Source: the human T2T-CHM13v2.0 reference genome, Homo sapiens. From it: DNA of 64,000 nt. The stretch is from NCBI RefSeq assembly GCF_009914755.1, contig NC_060938.1; one strand, written 5' to 3'. This document shows, piece by piece, positions 27,681 to 42,307 of this stretch. The translations under genes and the position numbers were made by a program. Below the pieces are notes generated by a model. The model was given only the letters and a program-made list of their open reading frames with translations, made no database searches and had not been told where the DNA came from. The stretch's first letter is position 1; each line of letters opens with the position of its first letter.

Positions 27681-29549
27681 TTATTATGTAGGCACTGGTC
27701 ATTCTGACCAGGTCTGAGTTTTTGTTCAGTCCCCAAGAAAATGGAAAACCTTGGGCTTGGAGTCAGAAAACCTGAGTTCAAGTTCTAGTTTCACCAATTT
27801 GTGACTATGTGATCACAGCCAAGTCAGTACAGCACCCTGCTGAGCTTCATGTTCCTCTTGAAAATGGGTGTAAGGGTAATGCCAACCTTCCCTCAGGAGT
27901 ATTTTGAAGTTCAAAGCTGAGGCACATGGAGTTGACTTGAAAATTACAATGAGCTCTACAAATATTATTTACTCTAATTGCTATCCAAAGCTTAGGCCTT
28001 TGTCAGAGTTAAGCCAGAGAACTGTTGAGTTCAAAAAAACATATAATCGACTCTCAAACAAGTTCTCCCTTGACAAAAAGAATCAGCGCAGGGCAGAAAA
28101 GAAGCTCACATTCCTATGGATACTTGAGAAAGATCCAGAACTGTAGCCCACCAGAATGGAAAGAACTGTGATGACTCTCTCTCCTGCTTCTCGTTGTACA
28201 GAAGGGGAGACTGAGGCCATTATTAAAATGCTGTCCCTAGAAAGAGAAATACTAGCATGTATTAAGGACTGCTAAATTATCCCCATTTTTAAAATAATCA
28301 TTTTGGGTTTTTCCCATCTTGTTCATCCTCAATCTCCTTATAATGCTTAGCTGTCAGAGAAACGCAATTGTGACTTTAAAAGCATTAATGGTATTCAGGG
28401 CTGTTGAGCATAAAATAATACAGACATGTATATATCTCGCTGGTCTGGACATAAACCAGAACAATATTTCTGGTTAGATTTACATTAATATCAATATATC
28501 AGGAAACTTTGACCCAGTAATTCCACAGTGGGGAACCTATTTAGAATATGTACAAAGAAAAAGTCACACACATAGACGCTAACCATAACAGCTTATATAA
28601 TAGTGAAAAATTAAAAACCCTTTAAAAATCCAACAGTAGGGAACCAATAAAGATAAAATGGTAAAATATTATGCAGCCATTAAAAATCATAGAGTTTTTA
28701 AGGAAATGAGAATACGTTTCTGATAAAATGTTATGAAGAAACAGCATCTAATTACTTTCTTCAGTTTTAGTGTGAAGATACTATGAGCCAGGCTACAAAC
28801 TGAGCTCAAAAGTGTTCATTCATTGCCTTATACATTAATTCGACAAAGATGTATTGGTGGCTGATATGTGTCAGGCACTCTCTTAAGATCTGGGACACAA
28901 AATCATCCACCTACTTATCCATTCATTGACTGTGTTTGTTAAATGTGTATTAGCCAGGCACTATGCTAGGCACTAGAAAGCAGAATTGTATATAAGTGTG
29001 TAAATAATACCAATGCGAAAAAAAGGCCATACTAAAACCTTCTTAGGTATTAACTCTGGGTATGGGATTCTGAATGATTTCAAACTTTTTTCTTTGTATT
29101 TTCCACATTTTATGGAATAAACATTTATTGCTCTTGAAATTGGGAACAAAATATTGAGTAGAAGAAAAATGTTAAAACCTGAAGTGGGGCATAGTTGTAA
29201 ACCTGAGTTTCAGGAGAACTTGTTGGAGGGGACAGCGGACTCAGATGCAGACATTGCTTTCTGGCTCCAGAACAAGTCCCCATTTGTCTCTTCACCTGCC
29301 TTCTGACCCCTGCAGCATTTGTTTTCTAAATGAATGGAGTGCACCATTTCCTCCCCACTGCCGCCATGCTTCTCACCAAAACAAAAAGATCAGGGAGCTG
29401 CTAGTTAAATAGGTCTGGATTTGAATTCTGCCTTTGCTACTTAACAGTCATTAGACCTAGAAAAAAAGTGTTTATGTTCTCTGGGCCCCTACTTATTGAT
29501 CTGTAAAATGGGTATAATAATACCTACCTTGTTAGATGCCCTTGGCAAG

Positions 29550-29909
29550 TATCTTAGTCCATCTGTGCTGCCATCATGAAATACCTTGGACTGGATAATT
29601 TATAAACAACAGAAATTTATTGCTCACAATTCTGGAGGCTGAGAAGTCCAAGATCAACGTGCTAGCAGATCTGGTGTCCAGTGAGGGCTCTCTGCTCATA
29701 GTTGACATCTTCCATTTGTGTCTTCACATGGCTGAAGGGGCGAACAAACTCCCTCCTGCCTCTTTTATAAGGGTACAAATCCCATCCATGAAAGTGCCAG
29801 CCTCATGACTTAATCACCTCCCAAAGGCCCCACCTCCTTATACCATCACATTGGGGGTTAGGTTTCAATATTTCAACTTTGGGGTGACACAAATATTCAG
29901 ATCATAGCA
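29550..29909 (-). mobile_element. MSTD/MLT1A-type solo LTR inserted in a MIR
   Basis: tatcttagtccatctgtgctgcc..ataatttataaacaacagaaatttattgctcac..gacacaaatattcagatcatagca. MIR sequence on both sides (~29410-29540, ~29910-29970). Confidence 0.87.
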
Positions 29910-32209
29910 ACAGCTAAGGCATATATTGTATATAGGGCACCTAGTGTATGTCTAACAGAGTTTAGCATGTTTTATTTTCCTCTGCTAAACATCCCCCATC
30001 CTTCATTTCCTCTGGGAAATACAAGGATTTATGATATGGTATTCTAAAATATCCTTAAGAATGATTAACAAATTAGAAATATTCCAGGAGCCCACTGGTG
30101 GAGTTCAGGGCTGATGTATCATCCCATGATATCATCAATGACTAGAGTCTTTCTCCGTCTGCTTCTCCAGCTTAGGGGGTGGCTTCCATCCTTGCGGTCT
30201 CAAAATCACTCTTTTTTAAACCAGAAAGCAATAGTTTTCCCAGTAGCCTGAAGATACAGGCTACTATTTGCTCCTCATTGAGTCAAAGAGCAACGCCAAC
30301 TACAAGAACATCTGGGAAACTAATTTTACACTGGGGCCATTGCTACCCTGAACAGAATCTGAGGATCTGTTTGCAAGGAAGAAGAGGAGAATGATATGGA
30401 GTAGGCAACCATGTTTGTTTGCTGGGAGTTGATACTCATCACCAGAAATGTGGCTCTGGGACCCTGTTGTAAAAAAGAAAAAAAAAACCCAAAAGATTTT
30501 ATATATAAAAATATTTGTTGATGAATTATCTATAATAGTAAAAAAATTGAGAACAACTAAGTACCCAAAAATTAGAGAGGTAATCAAGTTACAGGGTATA
30601 TTCACTCAATGAAATATTATGTAGCCGTTAAGATCATACTTAAGAAGACATGAGGCAAAATGTCTTCTTAAGCACAATCTTAATGGAAAAATGCTTATGC
30701 CATGATGTTAAGTGAAAAAGCAGAATGTACAACCATCTCTGCTCATTCCTAAAACTATGTGAAATATGTATGCCTATGGAAAAATACTGAAAGGGACTTA
30801 AAAAATAGTAGCTCTCTGATGGAATGGTGATATTATGATCAATGTTTTTCTTTATTTCAAAATTTTCTGCAATGCTGCTAGATTATTTTTTCAATTAAAA
30901 AGCTATACATAAAAATTCGATTAAAAAAAAACCCTAGCAAAGAAAAAGAGAATCAAATATTTGTCAGGTCCTGAAGGGGTGATTATTTTCTCAGCTTTGA
31001 AGCCAAAGAGAAAATTTCAGATGCAAAGTAAAAGCAAGTGTGATGAAACGAAATATAAACATGCAAACAAATGCAATCCTTAAGCAATCCGCTTTATTTA
31101 GCAAAAGGAATTGTTTTAACAGTAGAAAAACTGCTGGCAAAACTGCTGGCAATGTTATGTTGTAACTCAGATCCAGTGGCAGAAGGAATGGGCGTGACCT
31201 TTTTGGAAAGCAATTTGGCAACATATCTCAAGAGCTGTAAATATTATCCTAGGCTTTAGGCTGATATCACCACCCTTGAGACAGCATGCTAAAGACATAA
31301 CCCAATAGAAGATAAAGCTGTGTGCATGTAGATGTCCCTTGCAGTGTTGTCTATGACGCAACACTTGCAGAGCTATTCATTACATGCTAAAGATTTGGGA
31401 CAGTGTGCACAGAACTCCAGGAAATGCTATTCAGCCTTTGGTAGGATCACTATAAGGACAATACTGTAAACTGAAAATGTGTTTTGACATAGTAATACAT
31501 GTTTAAAAATGGAATCCACAGGCCTCAGGGCCCAATTATTCAATAAATCTTTATAGCTCACTTTCTGTGTACTAGGTGCTGGGGATACACACTCACATTG
31601 AAGAGTGCAGGGCTCTCAGCAGGCAAATAGGGCTGAACTTAACCTAGTCTGATGTGCAACAATGTGACTGTGCATGTGTGTGCACACATGTGTGATGTGT
31701 GTAGTGTGGAGGGTGTGTGCAAGGGTTACACAGGAACGTCCAATGTAGGATTATGAATTATTTTTTCCATGTTCAAAGTTTTCTTAACATTGTTACATTG
31801 CTTTAAAAATAAAATTTTAAACTTCCAGAATAAAATAATTCTGTTCCTATTCTCCAAGCACAGGAAACTGAGGAAGGGAATGTATCTGAATCATTAAAAA
31901 ATGTAATCTTCATTCCAAAAGTTGGGTGTGTAGGCAATTATGAGCAAAGGCTCAGCCACCATACCACTGTGGGAAATGTCACCAGTACTACTGAGGAACT
32001 AAAAGTTGAATGAATTTAATTTTATTCACATTCAAAAACTGAAGCAGTGTAAAATGTTCTCTGTCAAACACTTTATTACATCTATTAGTATTAACATTAA
32101 TTAATATTAAAATTAATTATACCTGTTTCTTTTTTCTCTTTAATTGCAGCTACTAAAAATTCTAAAACTGCATATACACTGTCCATTATCTTTCTATTGA
32201 ACAGTGATG

Positions 32210-33680
32210 TTCTAGATGCTAAGCTCGTGTCAATTATGCTTTTAAAAAATCTTTTCTAGTTTGGAGCTTGTCTTTTCACTTTTCATGAAATCTTTTGATA
32301 ATCAGGACTTCTCTATCTTTATGACCTTTGAGTAGAGACAGATTTTTAAAGATGACACCGAAAAACAAACTGCAAGCCTTAAAAGAAAAGATTGATAACT
32401 TTGACTTCATCAAAATTGTCTCTTAAGTTTCATTCTGAAGCATTAGAATGTTTGCCTTGCATATTCAAGTGTGTGATCCTTCTGTGGAGTTGGGACACAT
32501 TTCTTTTTTCAGTTTAAATTGCCAATTGCTCTAACTTCATTTATTGACTAGTGCCACCTTTCTTTCCTTTGCTCTTCCTGCCAACGTGTCACATACCAGG
32601 TCTGTACAAGGCATTAGTTTGTTTCTGAATATTTTTTCTGTTCCTTTGGCCTATTTGTCTGTCCTTGCACATATGCCACACTGTCTGAATTACAATCATT
32701 TTACATTCTTGATACCTGCCAGGGCAAGTCATCCTGATTGCTGTTTCTTCTTCAGGAGGCTCTTTGCTGTTCTTGGTCTTTGGATCTTTTATATAAATTT
32801 TAAAATCAACTGTCAAATTTCTTCCAAGAAAAAAAATAGTAAAAAAGAAAACCTCTCAGAGTTTGATAAAAATGGCTTTGGATGAATAAGTCAATTTGGA
32901 AGAAACTGATGTTTATGAAATGTTACGTCATCCTATCCATATCAGTGTTATGTCCCTCAATTTAGTTAGTATTTTTAATGCCTTTCAATATATTTTTATA
33001 GTTTCCTACTTAATTTTGAACTATTTTGTTTGTTCTATTCCAAGGTACTTTATTTTTTGTTGTAGCTGTAGATACTATATTTGTATTGCTTTTCTAACTG
33101 TTCACCGTTGATATATAAAAATGTGACCAATATTTGCATAAATTGCTTTTATATTGAGTGTATAATTTGCTAGGGTTGCTATAACAGAATGCCACAGACT
33201 GGGTGGCTTAAAGAACAGAAATGTATCACAGTTCTAGAGACTCGAAGTTCAAGATCAAGGTGCCTCCAGGCTTGGTTTCCGGTGAAATCTTTATGTTTCT
33301 ATTGCAGACAGCTTCCTTCCTGCTGTTTCCTCACAAGGCCTTTCCTCTGTGTGCACATGGAAGGAGGGAGATCTCTGGTGTCTTTTCCTCTTTTAATAAG
33401 GACACCAGTTCTATTGAATTAGGGCCCCACCCTTATGTCTTCATTTAACCTTAATAACTTCATTAAAGGCTGTATCTTCAAATACAGTTACATTGGGGGT
33501 TAGAGTTTCAACATATAAATTTGTGGGGGACTCAACTTAGTTCACAATATCTAGGAAACTTGCTAACCTCTGCCATTAATTCTGATAAATTTGTGCAGAG
33601 ATTCTTAGGTTTTCCAGATGGATAAGAATATTATCTGTGAATAATGACACTCCCCTCTCTTCCTTTCCAATATTTATGCA
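32210..33680 (-). mobile_element. Old L1M fragments (antisense), split by MLT1A0
   Basis: Degraded ORF2 3' sequence (catatgccacactgtctgaattac..tatataaattttaaaatcaactgtcaaatttc..attatctgtgaataatgac). Confidence 0.6.
33159..33549 (-). mobile_element. MLT1A0-type solo LTR
   Basis: tgtataatttgctagggttgctataacagaatgccacagactgggtggcttaaag..aaggacaccagt..gggccccacccttatg..caaatacagttacattggggg. Confidence 0.87.
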
Positions 33681-33970
33681 GAGTCACTCCACAATCCATT
33701 TGTTCTGCCGTTCCTTTTTAGTCCCTACCTGAGGTTGATCTGTCACATTCAAGTGCTTCTTTGAAATACTGCTTTGATATTTCCACCCAGGAGAGAGGGT
33801 GAGTTTAAAGGATTTTCCCAAAGTCACATGGCTAGTGAGTGCTGTCAGGGGACTAAAACCCAAGATTGCTGCCTCACGGTTGGGATCACGGAAAGGAGCA
33901 TGGTGGAGATCCTACTGCTGGGGAACTGAGTGGAGGGAAGGAGTTGCCTTTGATTCTTTTTTTTTCTCCT

Positions 33971-34437
33971 TGTGGCAGGCAGCTTCCACAATAGCCTCAG
34001 TGACCCCACCTACTGGTACCCATGCCCTTGTATAATCCCTTCCCCTTGAGAGTGGGCTGGATCTAGTGACTTACTTCTAACAAATAGAATATGGCAGAAG
34101 TAGTGGAATGTCACTTCTGAGATTAAATTATAAAAAAAGACTGTGGCTTTCATCTTGGATGTGGGTTCTCTCACTGTTTTGGGTTGCTTGCTGTAGGGGA
34201 AGCTTGCAACTGTGTTGTGGGTCACTCTATGGAGAGGCCCAGATGATGAGAACTGAGAGAGACCTCCAGCCAAGAGCCAGTGAGATGCAGAGACCTATGA
34301 GAGTAAGCTGACAAGCAGATATCCCTCCAGTTGAGCCTTCAGATGAGACAGCAGCCACAGCCATGCTCAATTTTCTGACCTATAGAAACTATGAAATAAC
34401 ACATGTTTATTGTTTTAAGCTGCTAACTTTTGGGAAA
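33971..34437 (+). mobile_element. MLT1E/F-like LTR
   Basis: tgtggcaggcagc..catgcccttgtataatcccttccccttgagagtgggctggatctagtgacttacttctaac..ttttaagctgctaactttt. Confidence 0.8.
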
Positions 34438-35030
34438 TACCAGGTCAATATTATTCATGAACAGAAATGCAAAAATCCTAAACAAAATATTAGTGAACCA
34501 GATCCAGAAATGTATAAAAAAAGAAAATATATATAATTTAATCTACATCTAGTATTCCAGATATGCAAAGCAGAATCAACGTTAGGAAATATATTAGGAA
34601 AATTCAACATATTAACAACTTAAAGGAGACAAGCCATACGGTGATCTCAATATTTGCAGATAAAGCATTTGATTAAATTCAATTAATGGTAGAAATCCTT
34701 AGCAACTATGAAGGGAATTTCCTTAAGTTGATAAGGAGTATCTGCCAGAAATCTGTACCAAATACCCCACTCTATGGTGAAATGTTAAAATCTTTACCTT
34801 TAAATCAAAATAAGACAAACATTTCTGCTATCATTGCTTCTATTTAACATTTGCTGGAGGTTCTAGTCAATGTAGAAAGTAAGGGAAGAAAGAAAGGATG
34901 TAAATATTGGAAGGGAGGAAACAGGAGTATTGTTATTCACAGACGATATTCTTGTTCATCTGGAAAGCCTCAAAGAATCTCTGCACAAATTTATTAGAAT
35001 TAACAAGTTCAGCAAGTTTGCTAGGTGTTA
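34438..35030 (+). mobile_element. Degraded L1 ORF2 reverse-transcriptase fragment
   Basis: atgaacagaaatgcaaaaatcctaaacaaaatattag corresponds to the L1 ORF2 M-N-x-x-A-K-I-L-N-K-I-L motif; ttattcacagacgatatt corresponds to LFADD. Stops and frameshifts present. Confidence 0.78.
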
Positions 35031-35171
35031 TTGACTAAATTGTATGTGCCCAAAATGTGTATGTTGAAAAAACTAATATTTAATTTTAAGCTCATTAATA
35101 TATAAGCAAATGTTACTGAATAAAATCTGACACACACTCAAAGGCAGTGGGACTGTGTGTGTAAATGTGTA

Positions 35172-35575
35172 TGTGTTAGTCCATTCTCACATTGCTATAA
35201 AGAAATACCTAATACTAGGTAATTTATAAAGAAAAGAGGTTTAATTGGTTCACGGTTCTGCAGGCTGTCTGGGAAGCACAGTGGCTTCTGTTTCTGGGGA
35301 GGCCTCAGGAAACTTATAATCATGGTGGAAGGCAAAGGCGAAGCAGGCATGTCTTACGTGCCCAGAGAAGGAGGAAGTCACGGTGAGGGACTACACACTT
35401 TTAAACAACCAGATCTCCTGAGAACTCTATCACCAGAACAGCACTACGGGGATGGCGCTAAACCATTAGAAACCACCCGGATGATCCAATCACCTCCCAC
35501 CAGGCCCCACCTCCAGCACTGTGGATTACAGCTGAACATGTGATTTGGGTAGGGACACAGATCCAAACCGTATCA
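35172..35575 (-). mobile_element. MSTA-type solo LTR
   Basis: tgtgttagtccattctcacattgctataaagaaatacc..ggatggcgctaaaccatt..gggacacagatccaaaccgtatca. TSD gtgta/gtgtg. Confidence 0.9.
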
Positions 35576-37179
35576 GTGTGATTGTGCATAAATGTAAGTA
35601 AACCAAGGGAGTGAACTGAGGTCCCCAAGGGCCCAAGGTGCATGTGCAAAACAGAAAGAAAAATACTCAACTGGGATGAATCGAGGCTCTGAGCCTGATG
35701 GCGATGTGGGAATCTAGCCCCCCAGTACCCCCAGAAACCGTAAAGTGGGCACTGCATTTACACAGAATATAGAAGGGAAGCTTGCAGCTGTCTTGTGTAT
35801 CTTTATGCCCATGGAATCCCAGCTGATACTGAGGTTTTTTTGGACGTCACAATGCTTCAGTGTTCAAAGAAAGTTGTTTTCAACGCCCTTTACAGTTTAT
35901 TCCATATTCAACTTTTCTGAGGTGAGAAAGGAGATAGGTGTCTCTCAGCATGTCTTAAGAAGTCCTCTCCTTCCTGAGAAGGAGGGTTCAGGACCATAGA
36001 AGTTTTGGGGAATCACTTCTTCCCAAGGAGGAGCAAAGGAGCCTTCCAGTTGTCAGGGGAAACTGAGTTCCTGTTCCTGGTATTATCTCTCCTCCTTCTG
36101 GTTTTGGTGGTATGGGCAGTCTTAGGAGCCTCACTATCCCTTCCTCTGAGATAAGCTGGATGGGGTTGACAGCCATTGAGTGGGGCAGGGACACCTCCAA
36201 CTTAGGGCCCACAGGCAAAGCTCTGGAAATCCCTGCCTGCTCTCCACTGGAAAACCGCAGTCCTGTGGTAGGAAGCCTCAGCCCGGGACCCAGAGAAAGG
36301 GTGATGCAATCCCAGTGGTTGCAAACATTCTTGGAACAACTCTGTTCCATCGGAGTCTGCAATTATGGCTGCTAGGGCTTTGTCTTAAGCTGTTCCAGGA
36401 GGTGGCCTGCCTTGGTAATTGCCCGGTTTTATCTCAAGCTACAGATCTGGAGCCTGAGCTCCCAGCCTTATGAAGTTACAACCAATGTGATACTTTTTCC
36501 ATGTGCATGAAACAAGTCTGAAACATATACATATGTTTTATCTTCAGCTTGTGAACATGTAAAAACACCAGTGATTCCAAGAGTCATCTAAATGTATATT
36601 TTATTCACCCAGGTTTTGCAGGCAATCTTGGGTTCAGAGGGAGCTGTTTCTATATACTTGTCATGTCATGGGAGCGTCTTCGGCACCATGGAGGGGTTTC
36701 CTTACCTCCGCCAGCCACACTGGTTGATGGTGGACACCACTGGGAGACAGCCACCTCTCCCCAGCAATGGCACAAGCATTCCACACGGGGTCCACTGAGC
36801 TGACTCGTAGTAGCCGCAGCATCCCCCTCTGGGCCAGGGCCTTATTATTTTTAATTCCTGCTAAACAATCTTGATGGATCCACAGATGTAGAACACAGGA
36901 TCTGCAGGCCCCATCCATTAGGAATAAGGAGCAACCTTTAGGCCTGCTTCTGAGACCTCTCCTTGCTTCTCGTTGGGAGAATCAGGTCATGCACTCATCT
37001 CTAGATCAGTCACTGGCAAGAAAAATTAGATAAACTCAACCAGCTCAGTCCCATCAGGATTTTCTCCTGACTTACCTCCATGGAGCACAGATACCAGGAT
37101 GGGGAGACTGGATTTGACATTGGCAGCCAACAGAGTCTGCAGTGCCAATCAAGGCAGCCTGATCCAAGGGTGATGCTCT

Positions 37180-37750
37180 CATTCATTCATTCATTCATTC
37201 ATCCACTTGCCAAACACATTCTAGGGCCAAGCTCTGTCCTAGGTGAGAAGCTACAACAGTGAACAAGGCATGATTCTTCCCTTTCAGGGGCAAGAGAGAC
37301 AGACACATAAACCTTCCATTTCAAAGAGCAGGTGGGTGCTATAACCAGGATGAGCCTGGATGGTAGGGAAGCCCACCAGTGGGGCTTCCTGGGGAAAGAC
37401 ACTTCTAAGTGGAGACCTGGGAGTAAACAGGACTAAGAAAGCAGAAGGGCCCATCAGGGAGGACAGAATAGGGAGGAAGAGAGCAGAGTGTGAGCAGGCA
37501 GTGTGAGGGGTCAGGGTGGCCAGGCAGGCAGGGGGCCTCGAAGCCTGGCAAAGAAAGGGGAAAAGGGCTTTATCCTGAGCACAAAGGGATCCCAGAAGGG
37601 TTTTAAGCCAAGGAGGGATGTGTCAGAGAAGAAGGAATTCATTTCTCCAGGAAGGATGACGTGTCAGAGGCATTGAGTGGCATTTTTTCGGGACCTGAAA
37701 GATGAGCAGGAATTCCAAAGCCACATGGAAAGACCAAAGGCATCCCTAAC
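37180..37750 (-). mobile_element. L2 fragments
   Basis: (attc)n tail, then ccaagctctgtcctaggtg..gtgaacaagg..ggggcttcctggggaaagacacttctaagtggagacctg. Confidence 0.6.
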
Positions 37751-40700
37751 TAAGGAGGTGGTGCTGGGAGCCACAGCAGGTGGTGCAGGGGAGCAGGCTG
37801 AAGAGGGACCCCTTGAGTAAGACTAACGATGGTTTTCAAGGTCATGGATGTTTTATTGGAGCCAAGGACTTCTTGACACCCTTTCATGAGTATGGCTGAG
37901 TGTAAAGAAACAAAGTTCCCTCCGTAATAGTTAATTCACCTTTGCACAGCACATAGAGTTTGCAGAGCACTTTTACAGGATTGCTTCAATAATCCTGCCA
38001 GGGGCCTGGGCAGAAAGGGTTATTCCCAGCCAGTTGACAGCAGGCTGAGATTCTGAGCAGTTCTGTGGTTACAGCCACCCAGCTGGTAAGTCCTAGAGTG
38101 ACGATTTGCACATAGGTCTCCTGGAGGCTCATGGCCTTCTGCCGAACCACTTGGCCTCCCTGTGTCCACAAACAGAGGGCTTCCAAAAAAGGGGTCAATT
38201 GTGAAGCTATAGGGTGTTCCAGGCTACCCCGTCTGGGGAAGAGGGCCCTGGGGAGGGGACACAAATAAGCCAGGCAGAACCCTGGAACACAGCAGACCCC
38301 CAGAGTGGTTCCCCAGGGCAGAGGGCAGCTCGCAGCCCCAAAGCCACCGGGTGGAAGAGTGAGCACAGAGCCCTTGTCCAGCCCAGGTCGATGGACAGTG
38401 TCACGATCAGTGGAAAGGCCATGTCCATTCAACATTGTCTCCTGCCTTCCCATGGCTACCAAACCTCAGCTGGGAAAAAGGCCTCATTGGGGAAACTGAG
38501 GTAGGCTGCTGGGTTTCACGTCATGGCACCTTTCCCACTGGAAGGTGTCGTCAAGCACCCACCTGCCAGTCACAGGCTCCAGCCATCACCAAGGAGAATG
38601 GGGAGAAGGAACATGAGGGCTTTCTCCGTGTGTGCCCAATATGAACTTTCTAGCCGAAATTATCTGCACCCCCCAACCACATGACAAATTCAATTCAATA
38701 ACACTTAGCAAATATATATCTGGCACCAGAAGGTGCCACGCTTGGTGCCAAGCACCACTGGCAATGCAGAGCTTGGAGAGCTAGCGTCTTGCCCTCTAGA
38801 AGCTTCCAGCAGGAGAGACTGAGATAAACACACAACATTGCCCTGAGATGACCCTGCCATATGTCTAATTCTGCCACACGTCAAGACTGCAAGCTCCTAG
38901 GGGTAGGGACTGTGCCTTTACCCTCTGTATCTCCAGGCTTTGGCACGTGACAAGTGCTCCAGAAACATTTATTATACAAATAATACTGAAGTTAGGTAAT
39001 TTAATTAAGAATTTTGCCCAGGGTCATAAAGCAAGTAAACCGTAGAACAAGCATTTGAATCCTCGGTGTATCTTTATTTCCCCTTCCTTTTCTCCCTCCT
39101 TTCCTCTTTCTCTTCCTCTTCACCACCCTCCTCGTTTGCCTCTCAGTTACCCCAAACAAGAAAGGAAGGTGTCCACCAGCAGACCCTAGAAGGCTTCTTC
39201 TCTGCTGACATGGTCCTAGGAACCATTCGTCCAGAGGCATCTGCAGAGGTTGCAGGGCCTGGTTGGGTACATGTTTTCTACCAACAGTTCCCAGAGTTCC
39301 AGACACCTGTTGGGGTCAGGGCCCTTAAACCAGGATGTGAATAAAACAGGCATCTCCAAATCTGCAGCTCCAGAGCCTTCTCAGAATGATTCCTGTGGAC
39401 CCCAAGGCAGCACGGGGTGCAGAAAGGCCCTGAGTCTTGGGCCTCCACCCCCCATTCAGCTCTTACTAATGCCTGCCATTAGTAAGCTGCTGAGGTGGAA
39501 CGCTTTGTGCCTGAGCCCCAGGATCTCACAGCCTCCACTAGAGGAAGCTGCAGGTCAGTCACCTGCCCCACTGAGCTTCAGCACCTTCATCTGTGAAACG
39601 GACAGAATGAGGCCTGGCCCGCGTACTTACCTCCAGAGAGGATTGCCCAGTGCAGGTGCTCAGTAGATCTTAGTGGAATGAATGAATGGATGAACAAATG
39701 AATGAATGGAGGAAATGAGCAACAGTAAATCCCATTGTACATAAGGGAAACATCAACCCTATATGCTCTTTCTGCCTCTCTCTGCCAAGGGCTCAGACTC
39801 TGCCATTACTGTAGCATCATCAGAGCTGAGTATGTTTACAGGTAACTGGAAACCAAGGCCCAGGCAAGCCCTTGCTTGTCTTCACAGTGTGCCACAGAAC
39901 ATAAGTTTTAAGGGGGTAATCAGATCGAAATCACCCAGGGGTGACTGGCCCCTGGTACAGTAACAGGGCATCCATAGATTTATCCACGTTCTTTTAGGAT
40001 TCTAATCATGGCCTGGGCATTTTAGACCTTGGGCTGCTGAAGAAGCCCGTAGGGGCCTGGCAAAGATGGGGGCTGCTACCGAGTTTACTAACTTCATAAT
40101 TCCATGACCTTAGCCCATTGCACAGGAAAGAAAACTGAGGTGAGAGAGATTATTGCAGAGGAGCCCCAGCTAAGGCAGGAAATGACTGCACTAGGTGTTC
40201 CGCCCAGATCTTCCCAAATGCCTGCAAAGCCAGGTAGGGACAGGGCAGGTGTCCTGGGGCCTCTTTAAGAAGTCTTCTTACACAGATGTCTTAACCTTGG
40301 CAAGCCTTGGTTTTCTCACTTACGTAATGGAAGGAAGAGCAATGATACATGCTCCTCCCAGGCTATGAGGAAGGTATAGTAATTATGAGGATGAGAGCAC
40401 TTTATAAACTGTAAAGTCATATACATGTGCCTGTGTGTTACCAAGTCCATTACAATATCTCCCAAACTGCTCAGACATGTCCAAATACAACTCCTACTTT
40501 CCGCCTCAAAATTGATCCTACTGTATCTTCTCCCATCTTAATGAATGGCATGAATTTTTCAGGCCCAAACCCAGGAGTTATCCTTCATTTCCAACCCCCT
40601 ATTTCCCTCTCCAGCCCAATCCACCAGCAAACCCTTGGAAATATCTGTCTAAACAGTTCATTTCGCACAACCTTTCCCTGCTTCCATCACTGTAGTCCAA

Positions 40701-42076
40701 GCCATTACCATCTCTACTCTGGAATCTATTTAAAAACAAAAAAAAAAAAGCTTTATTGTGATATAATTTGCATACAGTTCACCCACTTAAAGTGTACAGT
40801 TCATTCTATTTCTGTGAAGAATGTCATTGGTATTGACAGGGATTGCATTTTATCTACAGATAGGTTTGGGTAGTATGGACATTTTAACAATATTAATTCT
40901 TCCAATCCATGAACAAGGCATATCTTCCCATTTGTGTTCTCTTTAATTTCTTTCATGAATATTTTATAGTTTTCATTGTAGAAACCTTTCATCTCCTTGG
41001 TTAAATTTGTTCCTAGGTGATTTTTTTGCAGGTATTATAAATGAGATTGCTTTCTTGATTTCTTTTTCAGATAGTTCACTATTGGCATATAGAAACACTA
41101 CTGACCTTCGTATGTGGATTTTATACCCTGCAAGTTTACTGAATTTGGTTATTAGTTCTGACAGTTTTTTTGGTGGCGTTTTTAGAGTTTTCTACATATA
41201 AGATCATGTCATCTGCAGACAGGAGCAATTTGACTTCTCCTTTTCAATTCCGGTGCTCTTTATTTCTTTCTCTTGACTAATGCCTCTGGCTAGGACATCC
41301 CCAGTTGTATGTTGGATAAAAGTGGTAAAAGTGGGCATTCTTGTCTTGTTCCAGATCTTAGAGGAAAATCTTTCAACTTTTACCCATTCAGTATGATGTT
41401 AGCTGTGGCCTTCATATGAAACCATAAAAGACCCCAAATACCCAAGCAATCTTCAGCAAAAAGGACAGTGCTGGAGGAATCACACTACCTGACTTCAAAA
41501 TATGCTACAAAGATATAGCAACAAAAACAACATGGTATTGGGATAAAGGTAGACACATAGATCAACTGAACAGAATAGATAGTACGGAAATAAATCCACC
41601 CACTTACAGCCAACTGATTTTCAATACACACTGGGGAAAGAGCAATCTCTTCAATAAATGGTGCTGGGCACACTGGATATCCACACACAGAAGAATGCAA
41701 TTAGACCTCTGTCTCTCACTATACACAAAAACCAACTCAAAAAGGATTAAAGACTTAAATGTAAGACATGAAACTATAAAACTGGAAGAAAACATGGGAA
41801 AAATCCTTCAAAACATTGGTCTGGGCAAGGATTTTTTAAATAAGATCTCAATAAAACAGGGAACAAACCCAAAAATGGACAAATAGGATTACATCAAACT
41901 AACAAGCTTCTGCACAACAAAGGAAACAAAAGAGTGAAGAGACAGTCCACAGAATGGGAGAAAATATTTGCAAACTATGCATCTGACAAAGGATTAATAT
42001 CCAGAATATATAAGGAATGCAAAAAACTCAATAGCAAAAACAAACAAATAATTCTATTAAAAATGGGCAAAAGACC

Positions 42077-42307
42077 TGAATAGGCATTTCTCAAAAGAAG
42101 ACATGCAAATAGTCAACAAGTATATTTTTAAAATCTCCAATATTATAAATCATTGAATAGGCATTTCTCAAAAGAAGACATACAAATTGCCAACAAATAT
42201 ATTTTTAAAATGTTCAACATTACAAATCATTGAATAGGCATTTCTCAAAAGAAGACATACAAATAGTCAACAAGTATATTTTTTAAATGTTCAACATTAC
42301 AAATCAT
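42077..42307 (+). repeat. 3 x 77-bp tandem repeat inside L1MA
   Basis: Units start tgaataggcatttctcaaaagaagacat at 42077, 42154 and 42231. Confidence 0.95.

Noticed and set aside
31126-31152. Micro-duplications (aaaactgctggc twice; similar at ~47610, ~56830, ~59140) and short hairpins (~38721, ~54177)
   Set aside because: Ordinary slippage products or stems short enough to occur by chance in 64 kb.
42077-42307. Regularly spaced repeats as a CRISPR-like array
   Set aside because: Whole 77-bp units are homologous with no unique spacers, and the context is eukaryotic L1.
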